Of a stretch of DNA of 64,000 nucleotides, positions 25,801 to 34,560 are shown piece by piece. The stretch's first letter is position 1. Each line of letters opens with the position of its first letter. The translations under genes and the position numbers were made by a program. The stretch is taken from contig CBDDUX010000008.1 of assembly GCA_965234725.1 (NCBI GenBank), positions 1 to 64,000 of the forward strand. The letters are read 5' to 3'. This DNA comes from Thermoplasmatota archaeon. GTDB taxonomy: Archaea; Thermoplasmatota; Penumbrarchaeia; Penumbrarchaeales; Penumbrarchaeaceae. The notes under the pieces are model-generated. The model worked only from the letters and a program-made list of their open reading frames with translations, was not told the origin of the DNA and searched no databases.

Positions 25801-27726
25801 CTTGGAGGGATCGGGATCCCTTCCGCATGTAAGGTATAATTTATTCAGTTCGGGGACGTAGACAGTGCCTGCACCATATCTAGGACCGGGTCTGTTGGTG
25901 GTTCCACTGGTCTCCAGAACATCCTGGAATATTCCGCCTGTGGGTCCGTACTTGTATCTGACGAAGTCATCGTATGAATCAGATTGGGAGGAGCCACCTT
26001 CAAGGTAAAATCTTCCTCCAAAGAAGTAGAGGCTTCCGTCATTCTCGTTCCATACCATATCAAAGGTATGCCTGGGTCCTTCTCCGACGGATTCCCATAT
26101 CTGGGTCCAAGTATTGGTATTGATCTCCCATTTCCACATGTCATCCCTGTTCCAATACTGCCTGCCAGGTCCCTGGCCGGTAGTGAAGGTCCCACCGTAC
26201 ATGTAGACCGTATTGTTCTTCTTGTCATAGGCCATTCCAGCGTTGGACCTTGATTCAGGATTCTCCGTTCCGGAGTTGTAGATAGGTCCGTACCATTTCT
26301 CCTCGGCCAGGTCCCAGTAATAGGCGTATACTGTCCCGTTGTATGCTGTGTTTGGTCCTATGTAGTAGAGTCTTCCGTTGATCTCATCATGGGCGAATAT
26401 TCCATCAGAGTTGGTAGATGGATTACTGATGGTAGGGAACTGGGTCCAGACCTTGGAAGAGAGAGTGAGGTAGTTCAGATCTCGGTACCTTCCGGAAGTT
26501 GCCCCACCATATCCATAATAATAGTATCTACCACCAAACACGAAGAATCTATCCGCAAGTGATGAGTAGTGATGATGATAATACATCCTGCCATTAGGTA
26601 CATCAGAACCGGGATCGTCATAATCGAACCTGTCCCAGGATCCTATGGAAGGATCGTATATCCAGAGTGTCTCGTTCTCCTCTAGATAACTGGAGCCCGT
26701 ATAATTTTCCCTTCCACCCCAAAGGTATACCTTCTGGTCGGTGTTCCTGAAAAATATCTGAGCTCCTATGTTCATGGGCATGTCGGGGTGTGTGGTCAAC
26801 TGTGTCCATAGATTGGAAGTGATGTCGTACATCCAGAAATCATCCAGGTAGGTATTGTCATTATTATCTTCATGGATTCCACCAAAAACATAGATCCTCC
26901 TTCCGGCCTGGTCGAAGCACATGGATTGATCGTACCTCGGCAGGAATCCATCGGTGGCTCCGGCATTTAGAATGGTGATGGAGGTGGGATTCAACAGGTC
27001 GATCTTGTAGAAGTCCGTCTTGTTCTCCGGACGATAATCGGTATTCTGGTCCTCCATTCCCATGAGAAGATAGAGGTCCTGGACCCCGCCTGCGGTGTCA
27101 AGGATCATGGATGCATATGCCCTTCTGTCATTGTAGGCGGATCCAAGAAGTCCAGAGGTGATCTGTGTCCATGTGAGGGTGTTCATATCGAACTCCCAGA
27201 GGTCGTTCAGCATTGAGCCGGCGAATCCACCGTAAATGATGAACCTCTCATTCACTTCATCGATAACATAGGAAAACCCGAACCTGCCTCCAGGTGGGCA
27301 GTCCTCAAGTGCATACCACTTGTTAGTATCGAAATCGAATATGAAGAAGTCTTCATAGGCACTGTAGCTCCAATAATCTCCCTGGTTGTTCCATCTAGCT
27401 GAACCCCCACCGTATATGAAGACCCTGTTCTCAGAGATCTGATAGGCCACAAGTCCCTTCTCACCACCACGGTGATATGAGTACCTTTCCCATATGGACC
27501 AGGGTTCGCTCCTGGTCGGGATAGACCTTGAGTTCAGTCCCAGATCAGCAACCTCGTCCTCTGTGAGCTCGATAAGACCTTCATTAGATGAATTGTTGAT
27601 TTCAGCTCCTTCGTTTGAACCTCCAGCTGCAAACAGAGCCTGGATGGGCAGCGCAAGCAGTAAGGCTATCATTACAACAAAGGAGATCCTGAAGATATTT
27701 CCGTCCCTTTTCAGCATGTGGATCAC
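22894..27726 (-). CDS. Large membrane-anchored Kelch-repeat surface protein
   Basis: Signal peptide; many (Y/F/W)GG...D.W.(F/Y)D...W Kelch blades; Ig/Fn3-like middle; TM helix; acidic cytoplasmic tail. Confidence 0.88.
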   Translation of the reverse strand: MIHMLKRDGNIFRISFVVMIALLLALPIQALFAAGGSNEGAEINNSSNEGLIELTEDEVADLGLNSRSIPTRSEPWSIWERYSYHRGGEKGLVAYQISENRVFIYGGGSARWNNQGDYWSYSAYEDFFIFDFDTNKWYALEDCPPGGRFGFSYVIDEVNERFIIYGGFAGSMLNDLWEFDMNTLTWTQITSGLLGSAYNDRRAYASMILDTAGGVQDLYLLMGMEDQNTDYRPENKTDFYKIDLLNPTSITILNAGATDGFLPRYDQSMCFDQAGRRIYVFGGIHEDNNDNTYLDDFWMYDITSNLWTQLTTHPDMPMNIGAQIFFRNTDQKVYLWGGRENYTGSSYLEENETLWIYDPSIGSWDRFDYDDPGSDVPNGRMYYHHHYSSLADRFFVFGGRYYYYGYGGATSGRYRDLNYLTLSSKVWTQFPTISNPSTNSDGIFAHDEINGRLYYIGPNTAYNGTVYAYYWDLAEEKWYGPIYNSGTENPESRSNAGMAYDKKNNTVYMYGGTFTTGQGPGRQYWNRDDMWKWEINTNTWTQIWESVGEGPRHTFDMVWNENDGSLYFFGGRFYLEGGSSQSDSYDDFVRYKYGPTGGIFQDVLETSGTTNRPGPRYGAGTVYVPELNKLYLTCGRDPDPSKDYRDLWEFDFNTMKWTELQSLTSSMISPKLDYDPLTKELYLTGGDDYVIKRYRILEDAWYNMDPDINPGTLNGQSHIFLPETRDLWIYGGGAKDGIWKIGMPYRLSIQKIKFDNPQEGLRTAYAMLKPYKFSTEVKTVNGPSDLADVTMSFLHRDGTYKIIYNHTADSWRESDPNDVAEVTNLDTEWDGNSMTIEAEVLFHWNFSSRPNDVDKKVSVEARGINVGPDFLEVRNFLNVRNRIEIADEISLEGEIQGEISRGDWVQTFEPLTFSGPMVKYAGTTSVFPPADSYQMKLGEGRYVPNVDNILLKEVYRTWDLDVISGEPVEFDFAAPNRTYTNVTYILNVTGVYEDDEDLHKEYWLSVDGEVPLPPTTVIIHADRFDDTHTKFDNDMEVYLSWMSSGVSESGIFTHYWSLEDNGGTRDGNPVTGNEKIIELPSNGTHTVFMWTEDNVGNIGQSFNSSITIDTEIPVFEIVSPDLDQMIPYTELDVDVKVTDTGGSQLDSLTIRYRFTNDGLNSEAMWTGTNAWKDLSELWTDFAEDSMEFTMGLGKKSIPKLSDSEENFLQFRILDNAGNVKESPAYNIRVDTDLRFPMVTLYGPDENEVFTDPEDVELNWTLDFFLPEDVLYYLYIDKDRSLVENLDESIKIERVERFYNPLFVTHGTWYWTVVPIARNQWAGNATNGIKSFAVSQESSYSFEVTTPSEKLIRAYGTLGIPIDFNVENTGQNSAVLTLTYDIEGMGSFSWVGGPSFEVGVGETKAKIGTLDISEATPVGNYNLTFYFNSTFDVKRTITVLIQVIPPVADEKTEDEETDYGLYFIMAAILIILLLVVVAVIYFMVIKKGGEKKPVSDSTEELDRLEEEIAASGGGEGFRPVAPQPLGITSKTKGVDSGSLPDDVDDGQTHPAEVERTTLTEEGSEDDWMNLVAAETIAAENYADIVEDKTKHEDGKSLQDILSDMTSGVEED

Positions 27727-27826
27727 TCCGATTCCAAAAGACTAGACACCCGCTATACGTTCTAGTACGTGTACCGAATGGCCAATAAGGGATTATGGAA
27801 TATTATAAGTTTGTTGGACCTGACAG

Positions 27827-29638
27827 TCATTTCCGACCATTTCCGCCGTTATCCTCATTTTCATCCAAACCAAGATGGCCCTTTAAAAATGTGACGACCC
27901 TATCAGAAACAGCTCTTGACAATGAGGTTCTCTGACACAACCCGTCTGGACCTGCTTCCACCATTTCCCTGAGACTATCGAAGGCTAAAAGAAGCTCCCG
28001 GGCTCTCATCTTACCGATCCCTTCCACATCGGTAAGAAGATCCATTTCCTTCTCCCTCAATTTTCTCTGATAGGAAACAGCGAACCTGTGAGCCTCGTCC
28101 CTCACTCTCTGAAGTAATCTAAGGGCGGGATCGGACCTTTTCAGAACGATAGGGAGCTCCCTGCCGGGAAGGAACAATTCTTCCTCCTTCTTAGCAAGTG
28201 AGACAAATTGTGGGACCTCGGTCATCTGAAGGTCCTCCACTGCCTTGAGAGCAGCACCCAACTGGCCTTTTCCACCGTCTATCAGGACTAGGTCAGGAGG
28301 GGGATCATCCTGGTCCTGCAGCCTCTTCAACCTCCTTATAACAACTTCATGCATAGAGGCGAAATCATCGTTCTTGTCCACTCTTATTCGGAATTTCCGA
28401 TAGGAACTTTTGTAGGGCTTACCATGTCTGAACTGGACCATGGATGCGACCGTACCTGTTCCATGTAGATGGGAGATGTCGAATCCCTCGATCACTTCAG
28501 GGAGTTTGTCCATTCCTAAACGTTCCTTGAGCTGGATCAAGACATCGTCAGCTTCCAGGTCCCTCTCACGCTTTTCTTTGAACAGGCGAGTATTCCTCTC
28601 CGCCATTTCCATGGTGGCCCTCTCATCATCCCCTCTCGGCCCTCTGATCAAGACCTTTTTTCCTTTCTTTGCCGAGAGGAAGAACTGAAGGTTCTCCCTG
28701 TTCTCTTTGGACATATCCAAAGGTCTGGTAATGATCCTTTCCGGGACATGACCTGTAAGGGAGTAGTAGGATGAGATAAAATCCGCATCTGCCCCCATCA
28801 ATGTATCATCTCCTTCCAGGGTGAATGGAACAGCATCCACCACCCTTCCTTCCCTCACCTTTACCACCGTTGCGGCAAATCCGGCCTCGTCTATATGGAT
28901 GACATCAATATCCTGCCCCTTGAGAAGGATAACGCGCTGGCCTTCACGTATCCTCTTCAATCCTGTGATCAGGTCTCTTAATAGAGCGGCCTTCTCATAT
29001 TCCTCATCCTTTGAAGCTTCCCACATATCCCTCTCCAGCTTCTGGAGTACGGATTCCCTTTTTCCCGAGAGGAATCCTTTGAGACCTTCCACGACCACGC
29101 TGTAATCCTCAGCTTTAACATTGCCCGAACAAGGTGCCAGGCATCTTCCAAGATGGTGTTCGAGACAAGGTCTGGAGGGTCTTGAAAGGTCCCTCTGGCA
29201 TGATCTGACAGGAAAGATCTTCCTCAGCCATCTGAGCGACCTCCTAACTGCTCTTGGGTCGCCGTGAGGTCCGAAATGCTCCCCGATATTTGGTTTCAGA
29301 CCCCGGACCTGTCTGACGGCCGGGAACAATTCACTGGTAACCAGAAGATATGGATAGGACTTGTCATCCTTGAGGCGGATATTGAACTTGGGCTTGTACC
29401 TCTTGATAAGGGTATCTTCCAGAATAAGGGCTTCCAATTCTGTCTTGGTCCCTATCCAGTCCACTTTTTCCGTATTCTCCTTCAACCGGACCTCTTTGGG
29501 ATCCTTTCTGTTCTGGAGGTGAGACCTCACTCTGGCCCGGATGTTGATAGCTTTTCCGACGTAGAGGACCTTGTCTCCTTTTCCTTTGAAAAGATAAACC
29601 CCGCAAGCGTCCGGAAGGGAGGATGGCTCCGTGAGCAT
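27827..29638 (-). CDS. uvrC: Excinuclease ABC subunit C
   Basis: GVYLF..LYVGKA GIY-YIG domain, DDKSYPY, EGFDISH, IDGGKGQL, RDEAHRFA. Confidence 0.97.
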   Translation of the reverse strand: MLTEPSSLPDACGVYLFKGKGDKVLYVGKAINIRARVRSHLQNRKDPKEVRLKENTEKVDWIGTKTELEALILEDTLIKRYKPKFNIRLKDDKSYPYLLVTSELFPAVRQVRGLKPNIGEHFGPHGDPRAVRRSLRWLRKIFPVRSCQRDLSRPSRPCLEHHLGRCLAPCSGNVKAEDYSVVVEGLKGFLSGKRESVLQKLERDMWEASKDEEYEKAALLRDLITGLKRIREGQRVILLKGQDIDVIHIDEAGFAATVVKVREGRVVDAVPFTLEGDDTLMGADADFISSYYSLTGHVPERIITRPLDMSKENRENLQFFLSAKKGKKVLIRGPRGDDERATMEMAERNTRLFKEKRERDLEADDVLIQLKERLGMDKLPEVIEGFDISHLHGTGTVASMVQFRHGKPYKSSYRKFRIRVDKNDDFASMHEVVIRRLKRLQDQDDPPPDLVLIDGGKGQLGAALKAVEDLQMTEVPQFVSLAKKEEELFLPGRELPIVLKRSDPALRLLQRVRDEAHRFAVSYQRKLREKEMDLLTDVEGIGKMRARELLLAFDSLREMVEAGPDGLCQRTSLSRAVSDRVVTFLKGHLGLDENEDNGGNGRK

Positions 29639-29695
29639 CCCATCTTGAGAGAAGAGGGCATTATTTATTGCCTTTCATGTCAAAGGAACCTGATA

Positions 29696-30256
29696 TCATT
29701 CATCGAATTCAACGTCAACGGACCTGATATGGACCTTCCTCTTCTTGATGGTCCTGATATGTTCCGTTTCCTCTTGATCGTCCTCTTCTATCTCGAACTC
29801 CTCTTCGCCAAACTCGATATCCGTTGATACTTCCTCTTCATCCCAGAGGACCTCCTCTTCCTGGTCCACCTCTTTGACTTCATCGGACCGTTCTTCTTTG
29901 TCATCTTCATCCTTAACTTCGATATCGATCTCAAGATCGAAATCAAGTTCCTCTTCTTCGACCAGGGGATCCTCTTCCTCTTCTCCATCCCCTTCAAGGT
30001 CCATTTCGAAATCGTCTTCATCCTCCTCAATTTCAGTATCGATCACCGAACCGGAGGGATCCAGATCAAAATCCTTTTCACAGAACCAGCAGTACATCTT
30101 CCCGTTAGGTTTTCGTCTCAGTGGAGCTCCGCAGGAAGGACATGAAGGGCTAACTCTTTCATCAATGTCTTTGTGAGTCTCATCACCTCTTCCTTGGTGA
30201 TCATCGACCCAGGCGGTCCTTAATGTGACTCCCCTGTCTTTTGTCAATTCTACCAT
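29696..30256 (-). CDS. Zinc-ribbon protein with a long acidic low-complexity region
   Basis: CPSCGAPL...GKMYCWFC followed by an E/D-rich tract. Confidence 0.75.
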   Translation of the reverse strand: MVELTKDRGVTLRTAWVDDHQGRGDETHKDIDERVSPSCPSCGAPLRRKPNGKMYCWFCEKDFDLDPSGSVIDTEIEEDEDDFEMDLEGDGEEEEDPLVEEEELDFDLEIDIEVKDEDDKEERSDEVKEVDQEEEVLWDEEEVSTDIEFGEEEFEIEEDDQEETEHIRTIKKRKVHIRSVDVEFDE

Positions 30257-30325
30257 TCCCCTTCAGGACCTTGACCTCTCTATTGTCATGCCCATATAAA
30301 ATCTCTTCATTTTACTGTTTCATAT

Positions 30326-33184
30326 TCAAAGGGAAGAACAGCCCTTCTTAATTTTCTTCAATTCATCTTTCAGATATTTTCCTGTGTAGCTCTTCCTTGA
30401 TCTGGCCAGGGATTCAGGTGGTCCCTCGGCAACGATCTCTCCACCCTCATCGCCACCTTCAGGTCCCAGGTCTATTATCCAATCAGCAGTCTTTATCACG
30501 TCGAGGTTGTGTTCGATGACCACCACTGTGTTTCCCTTGCCTCTGAGCCTCTGTAACACGTTTAGAAGCTTGTTCACATCGTCGAAATGAAGGCCGGTGG
30601 TGGGTTCGTCAAGAAGGTAAATGGTCCTTCCTGTAGCTCTCTTCGAGAGTTCTGTTGCAAGTTTCACCCTCTGTGCCTCTCCGCCCGACAGGGTAGTTGC
30701 AGGCTGGCCCAGTTTGATATATCCAAGCCCTACATCCCAGAGGGTCTTGAGCTTTCGGTGAATTACTGGAATGTTCTCGAAGAAATGCATTCCTTCCTCC
30801 ACGCTCATGTTCAGGACCTGGGCTATGTTCTTTCCCTTGAAAGTAACCTCGAGTGTCTCTTTCGTATACCTCTTGCTGTTGCAAACCTCGCAGGGGATGT
30901 ATACATCCGGCAGGAAATGCATCTCGAGTTTGATTATTCCGTCTCCCTCACAATTCTCGCATCTTCCACCTTTAACATTGAATGAGAACTGACCGGGTTT
31001 GTATCCTCTTGCTTTCGAGAGCTGAGTCTTCGAGAACAGGTCCCTTATGGGTGTAAAGGTCCCCGTATACGTGGCCGGATTGGACCTCGGTGTCCTTCCT
31101 ATGGGAGACTGGTCTATGATTATCACCTTGTCCAGGTGTTCAAGACCCAAAATGGAATCATGTTCCCCGACCTGGTCCGTGGAACCGTGAAGGTATCTCT
31201 TCAGGGCTTTGAGCAGGATCTCTTCCACAAGGGTGGATTTCCCCGATCCGGAGACCCCTGTAACGCAGGTGAATGTCCCAAGCGGGATGCTAACATTGAT
31301 ATCTTTCAAATTGTGCTGTCTTGCTCCCTGGACCTTCAGGTATTTCCCGTTTCCCTTCGATCTCTTCTTGGGTATTGGTATGGCCTTTTTCCCTGATAGG
31401 TACTGGCCTGTTACGGACCTTTCTACAGCGCATATCTCCTCCACCCTTCCTTGGGCTACCAGTTCCCCACCATGGGTTCCTGCTCCGGGTCCAAGGTCTA
31501 TGATCTGGTCAGCCCTTCTCATCACCATTTCGTCATGCTCAACAACGATAATGGTGTTCCCCAGGTCCCTCAATCTCTCCAGGGTCTCTATCAACCTGTC
31601 ATTGTCTCTCTGGTGCAGACCTATGGAGGGTTCGTCCAGAACATAGAGGACACCCACCAAAGATGATCCTATCTGCGTGGCAAGCTGAATCCTCTGTGCC
31701 TCTCCACCCGAAAGAGTTCCAGTGGTCCTGTCCAGTGTGAGATAGTCCAATCCAACATTCTTCAGGAATGTCAATCTTGAAATGATCTCCTTCAAGAGCA
31801 ATCTGGAAATGGCCCTGTCCTTTTCGGAGAGTCTCTCGGTGAGAGTATCAAAGAATCCAAGAGAGTCCCTGATGGACATCTGGCTCACATCATGGATGCT
31901 CATGTCATCAACAGTAACTGCAAGTGAGACCGGTTTGAGCCTCGCACCCCCGCATGCTGGACAGGGTGTCGCCCTCATGAACTTCCTGTAATAATCCTTT
32001 GCAAGGTCCGATTGGGTCTGGCTGTATCTCCTTTTTATGGTCGGGATCAGTCCTTCATATTTTCTTCTCTGTGAGAAGTCATACCTGTCAGTGATTATTC
32101 TGAGAGGTAAGGCATGCTGGGTGCCATGGAGGATCGCATCCTTTCCGGCCTGGGGAATTTCATTCCAGGGTGTTGTTACAAGGAATCCATAATGCCGTCC
32201 CAGTGCCTCTATCCATTTCAGGCTGTAGGATCCTTCGGGGTCCGTTCTGAAAAGAGCGATGGCCCCTCCCGAGATCGATCTCTCAGGTTCAGGGACAAGG
32301 AGGGATGGATCAACTTCTAGTGTGAATCCGATCCCGTGGCATTCGGAACAAGCACCGAAGGGGGTGTTAAAGGAGAATATCCTGGGTTCCAGCTCAGGCA
32401 TGGAGATCCCATGGACTGGACAGGCCATTTTCTGCGAATAGGCCTCCTGATGACCGTTCCGGTCACCTTTGATCTCTTCAATGATGACCAGACCGTCGGC
32501 CAATCTCAATGCCTGGGTGATGTCTTCTGTCAGCTGGTCGACATGCTCTTCGTTTACTGTTAGGGTGTCCAGATCGACCTCGATGCTGTGCTTCTTGTTC
32601 TTGTCAAGGTCCGGGATCTCATTGAGACGCAGTAGCTCGCCGTCGATCCTGACTTTCTGGAATCCCTGTTTCTTCAGATCTGCAAGCAGTTCTTTGTGCG
32701 ACCCCTTCTTACCCATGACCACCGGAGAAAGGACCTTTACCTTTCTCTCTCCGCCCTTGATCACCCTTTCTATGATCTGGTCCTGTGACTGCCTCTCGAT
32801 CTCCCTTCCGCAGACCGGACAATGTGGTATTCCGATCCTTGCGAATAAAAGTCTAAGGTGGTCAGTGATCTCAGTGGACGTTCCAACTGTTGACCTTGGG
32901 TTCCTTGAGGCAGCATGCTGTTCGATCGAGATGGATGGTGACAATCCCTCTATGCTATCCACGTCGGGTTTGTCCATGGCACCAAGGAAGTTCCTGGCAT
33001 AGGATGAAAGAGATTCTATGAACCTTCTCTGGCCCTCGGCATAGATCGTATCGAACGCCAATGAGGATTTTCCGGAACCGGAGAGCCCGGTGATCACGAT
33101 CATCTTATCTCTTGGAATGACGACATCGACACCCTTCAGATTGTGCTGTCTTGCACCCTTGACCACGATGTCTCCAATGCTCAT
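30326..33184 (-). CDS. uvrA: Excinuclease ABC subunit A
   Basis: GARQHNLK, GLSGSGKSSLAFDTIYAEGQRR, two LSGGEAQR signatures, zinc modules. Confidence 0.98.
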   Translation of the reverse strand: MSIGDIVVKGARQHNLKGVDVVIPRDKMIVITGLSGSGKSSLAFDTIYAEGQRRFIESLSSYARNFLGAMDKPDVDSIEGLSPSISIEQHAASRNPRSTVGTSTEITDHLRLLFARIGIPHCPVCGREIERQSQDQIIERVIKGGERKVKVLSPVVMGKKGSHKELLADLKKQGFQKVRIDGELLRLNEIPDLDKNKKHSIEVDLDTLTVNEEHVDQLTEDITQALRLADGLVIIEEIKGDRNGHQEAYSQKMACPVHGISMPELEPRIFSFNTPFGACSECHGIGFTLEVDPSLLVPEPERSISGGAIALFRTDPEGSYSLKWIEALGRHYGFLVTTPWNEIPQAGKDAILHGTQHALPLRIITDRYDFSQRRKYEGLIPTIKRRYSQTQSDLAKDYYRKFMRATPCPACGGARLKPVSLAVTVDDMSIHDVSQMSIRDSLGFFDTLTERLSEKDRAISRLLLKEIISRLTFLKNVGLDYLTLDRTTGTLSGGEAQRIQLATQIGSSLVGVLYVLDEPSIGLHQRDNDRLIETLERLRDLGNTIIVVEHDEMVMRRADQIIDLGPGAGTHGGELVAQGRVEEICAVERSVTGQYLSGKKAIPIPKKRSKGNGKYLKVQGARQHNLKDINVSIPLGTFTCVTGVSGSGKSTLVEEILLKALKRYLHGSTDQVGEHDSILGLEHLDKVIIIDQSPIGRTPRSNPATYTGTFTPIRDLFSKTQLSKARGYKPGQFSFNVKGGRCENCEGDGIIKLEMHFLPDVYIPCEVCNSKRYTKETLEVTFKGKNIAQVLNMSVEEGMHFFENIPVIHRKLKTLWDVGLGYIKLGQPATTLSGGEAQRVKLATELSKRATGRTIYLLDEPTTGLHFDDVNKLLNVLQRLRGKGNTVVVIEHNLDVIKTADWIIDLGPEGGDEGGEIVAEGPPESLARSRKSYTGKYLKDELKKIKKGCSSL

Positions 33185-33225
33185 TTCGGTCCCTATTACG
33201 GCCTTTGACTTATTACTTTACGCCC

Positions 33226-34455
33226 TTACGCCGATCGATCCTGAGGCGAAGGAGTCCCTTTGATCACTGCTTCGATCCGGTCCGCAGCCCAGTCCAGGTC
33301 CTCTTTTTTAATGGTCAGAGCCGGGGCGAACCTGATACTCTGTCCATGGGTATCCTTGGCAAGTAATCCGTTCTCTCTCAGTAGATTGCAGTAAGGTCTT
33401 GCCGGACCTGCTTCCTTCTTAAGTTCCAGTGCAACAAGGAGTCCTTTGCCCCTGACCTCCAGGATCTTGTCCGAATCGATGGATGAAAGCCTTTTCATGA
33501 AATAAGCTCCCATCTGTTGAGCCCTCTCGTCAAGTTTCTCCTCTATCAGAACATCAAGAGATGCGAGGGCCACAGCAGACCCAATGGGATTGCCTCCGAA
33601 GGTGGATCCATGTGATCCAGGGGTGAAAACATCCATTTTGTCCCAATCTGCCAGGACCGCTGAAACAGGATATAGACCACCGCCAAGGGCCTTCCCAACG
33701 ACCAGCACATCGGGTCTTGCATCCTCATGCTGCCAACAAAACCTCTTTCCTGTCCTTGAGAAACCCGTCTGGACCTCGTCAAGGATCAGGAGAACGTTAT
33801 TCTCGGTACAGACATCCCTTATGGCTTTCAGGTACCCATCCTTGGGTACCTTTACACCTGCCTCACCCTGCAAAGGTTCCACAAGGAAAGCTGCGGTATT
33901 CTCGTTGATGGCACCCTTGAGTGCTTCAATATCATCGTATGGGATCAATTTGAATCCCGGCGTGGCAGGACCGAAACCCTTGTATGCAATCGGATCGGAG
34001 GAGAAACCAACGATGGTGGTGGTCCTTCCGTGGAAGTTCTCATTGCAGACAATGATCTCAGCCTTGTCCTGTTCTATGCCTTTCTTCTCGTATCCCCATT
34101 TTCTAGCAAGTTTTATTCCGGTCTCCACGGCTTCCGCTCCGGTGTTCATCGGGAGTGCTACTTCGAATCCGGAGAACTCGCAAAGCCTCTCCAGGAATTT
34201 TCCCATCACATCGTTGTGGAAAGCTCTACTGGTCAGGTCCAGTTTGTCCACCTGGTCCTTCATGGCCTGGATGATCTTAGGGTGTCGGTGTCCCTGGTTC
34301 ACCGCGGAATATGCTGATAGACAGTCCAGGTATCTCTTTCCTTCAACATCCCAGACCCATGGTCCTTCGGCCCTTGACAGGACCACGGGGAGTGGATTGT
34401 AGTTGTGGGCTCCGTATCTTCTATCCCTTTCAATGAATTCTTCAGTAATTGTCAT
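33226..34455 (-). CDS. rocD: Ornithine--oxo-acid aminotransferase
   Basis: YGAHNYNPLPVV, SAYSAVNQGH, MNTGAEAVE, FHGRT, DEVQTG, GKALGGG. Confidence 0.95.
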   Translation of the reverse strand: MTITEEFIERDRRYGAHNYNPLPVVLSRAEGPWVWDVEGKRYLDCLSAYSAVNQGHRHPKIIQAMKDQVDKLDLTSRAFHNDVMGKFLERLCEFSGFEVALPMNTGAEAVETGIKLARKWGYEKKGIEQDKAEIIVCNENFHGRTTTIVGFSSDPIAYKGFGPATPGFKLIPYDDIEALKGAINENTAAFLVEPLQGEAGVKVPKDGYLKAIRDVCTENNVLLILDEVQTGFSRTGKRFCWQHEDARPDVLVVGKALGGGLYPVSAVLADWDKMDVFTPGSHGSTFGGNPIGSAVALASLDVLIEEKLDERAQQMGAYFMKRLSSIDSDKILEVRGKGLLVALELKKEAGPARPYCNLLRENGLLAKDTHGQSIRFAPALTIKKEDLDWAADRIEAVIKGTPSPQDRSA

Positions 34456-34560
34456 CAGGTTACCATCCCGGGTCTTGGCCTTGAGCTATATGTCAGGTAT
34501 AGAGGTGTTCTAAATGAACCTTACCGAACCTCGGACGAAGGATCTCTGACCGCGCAGAGA

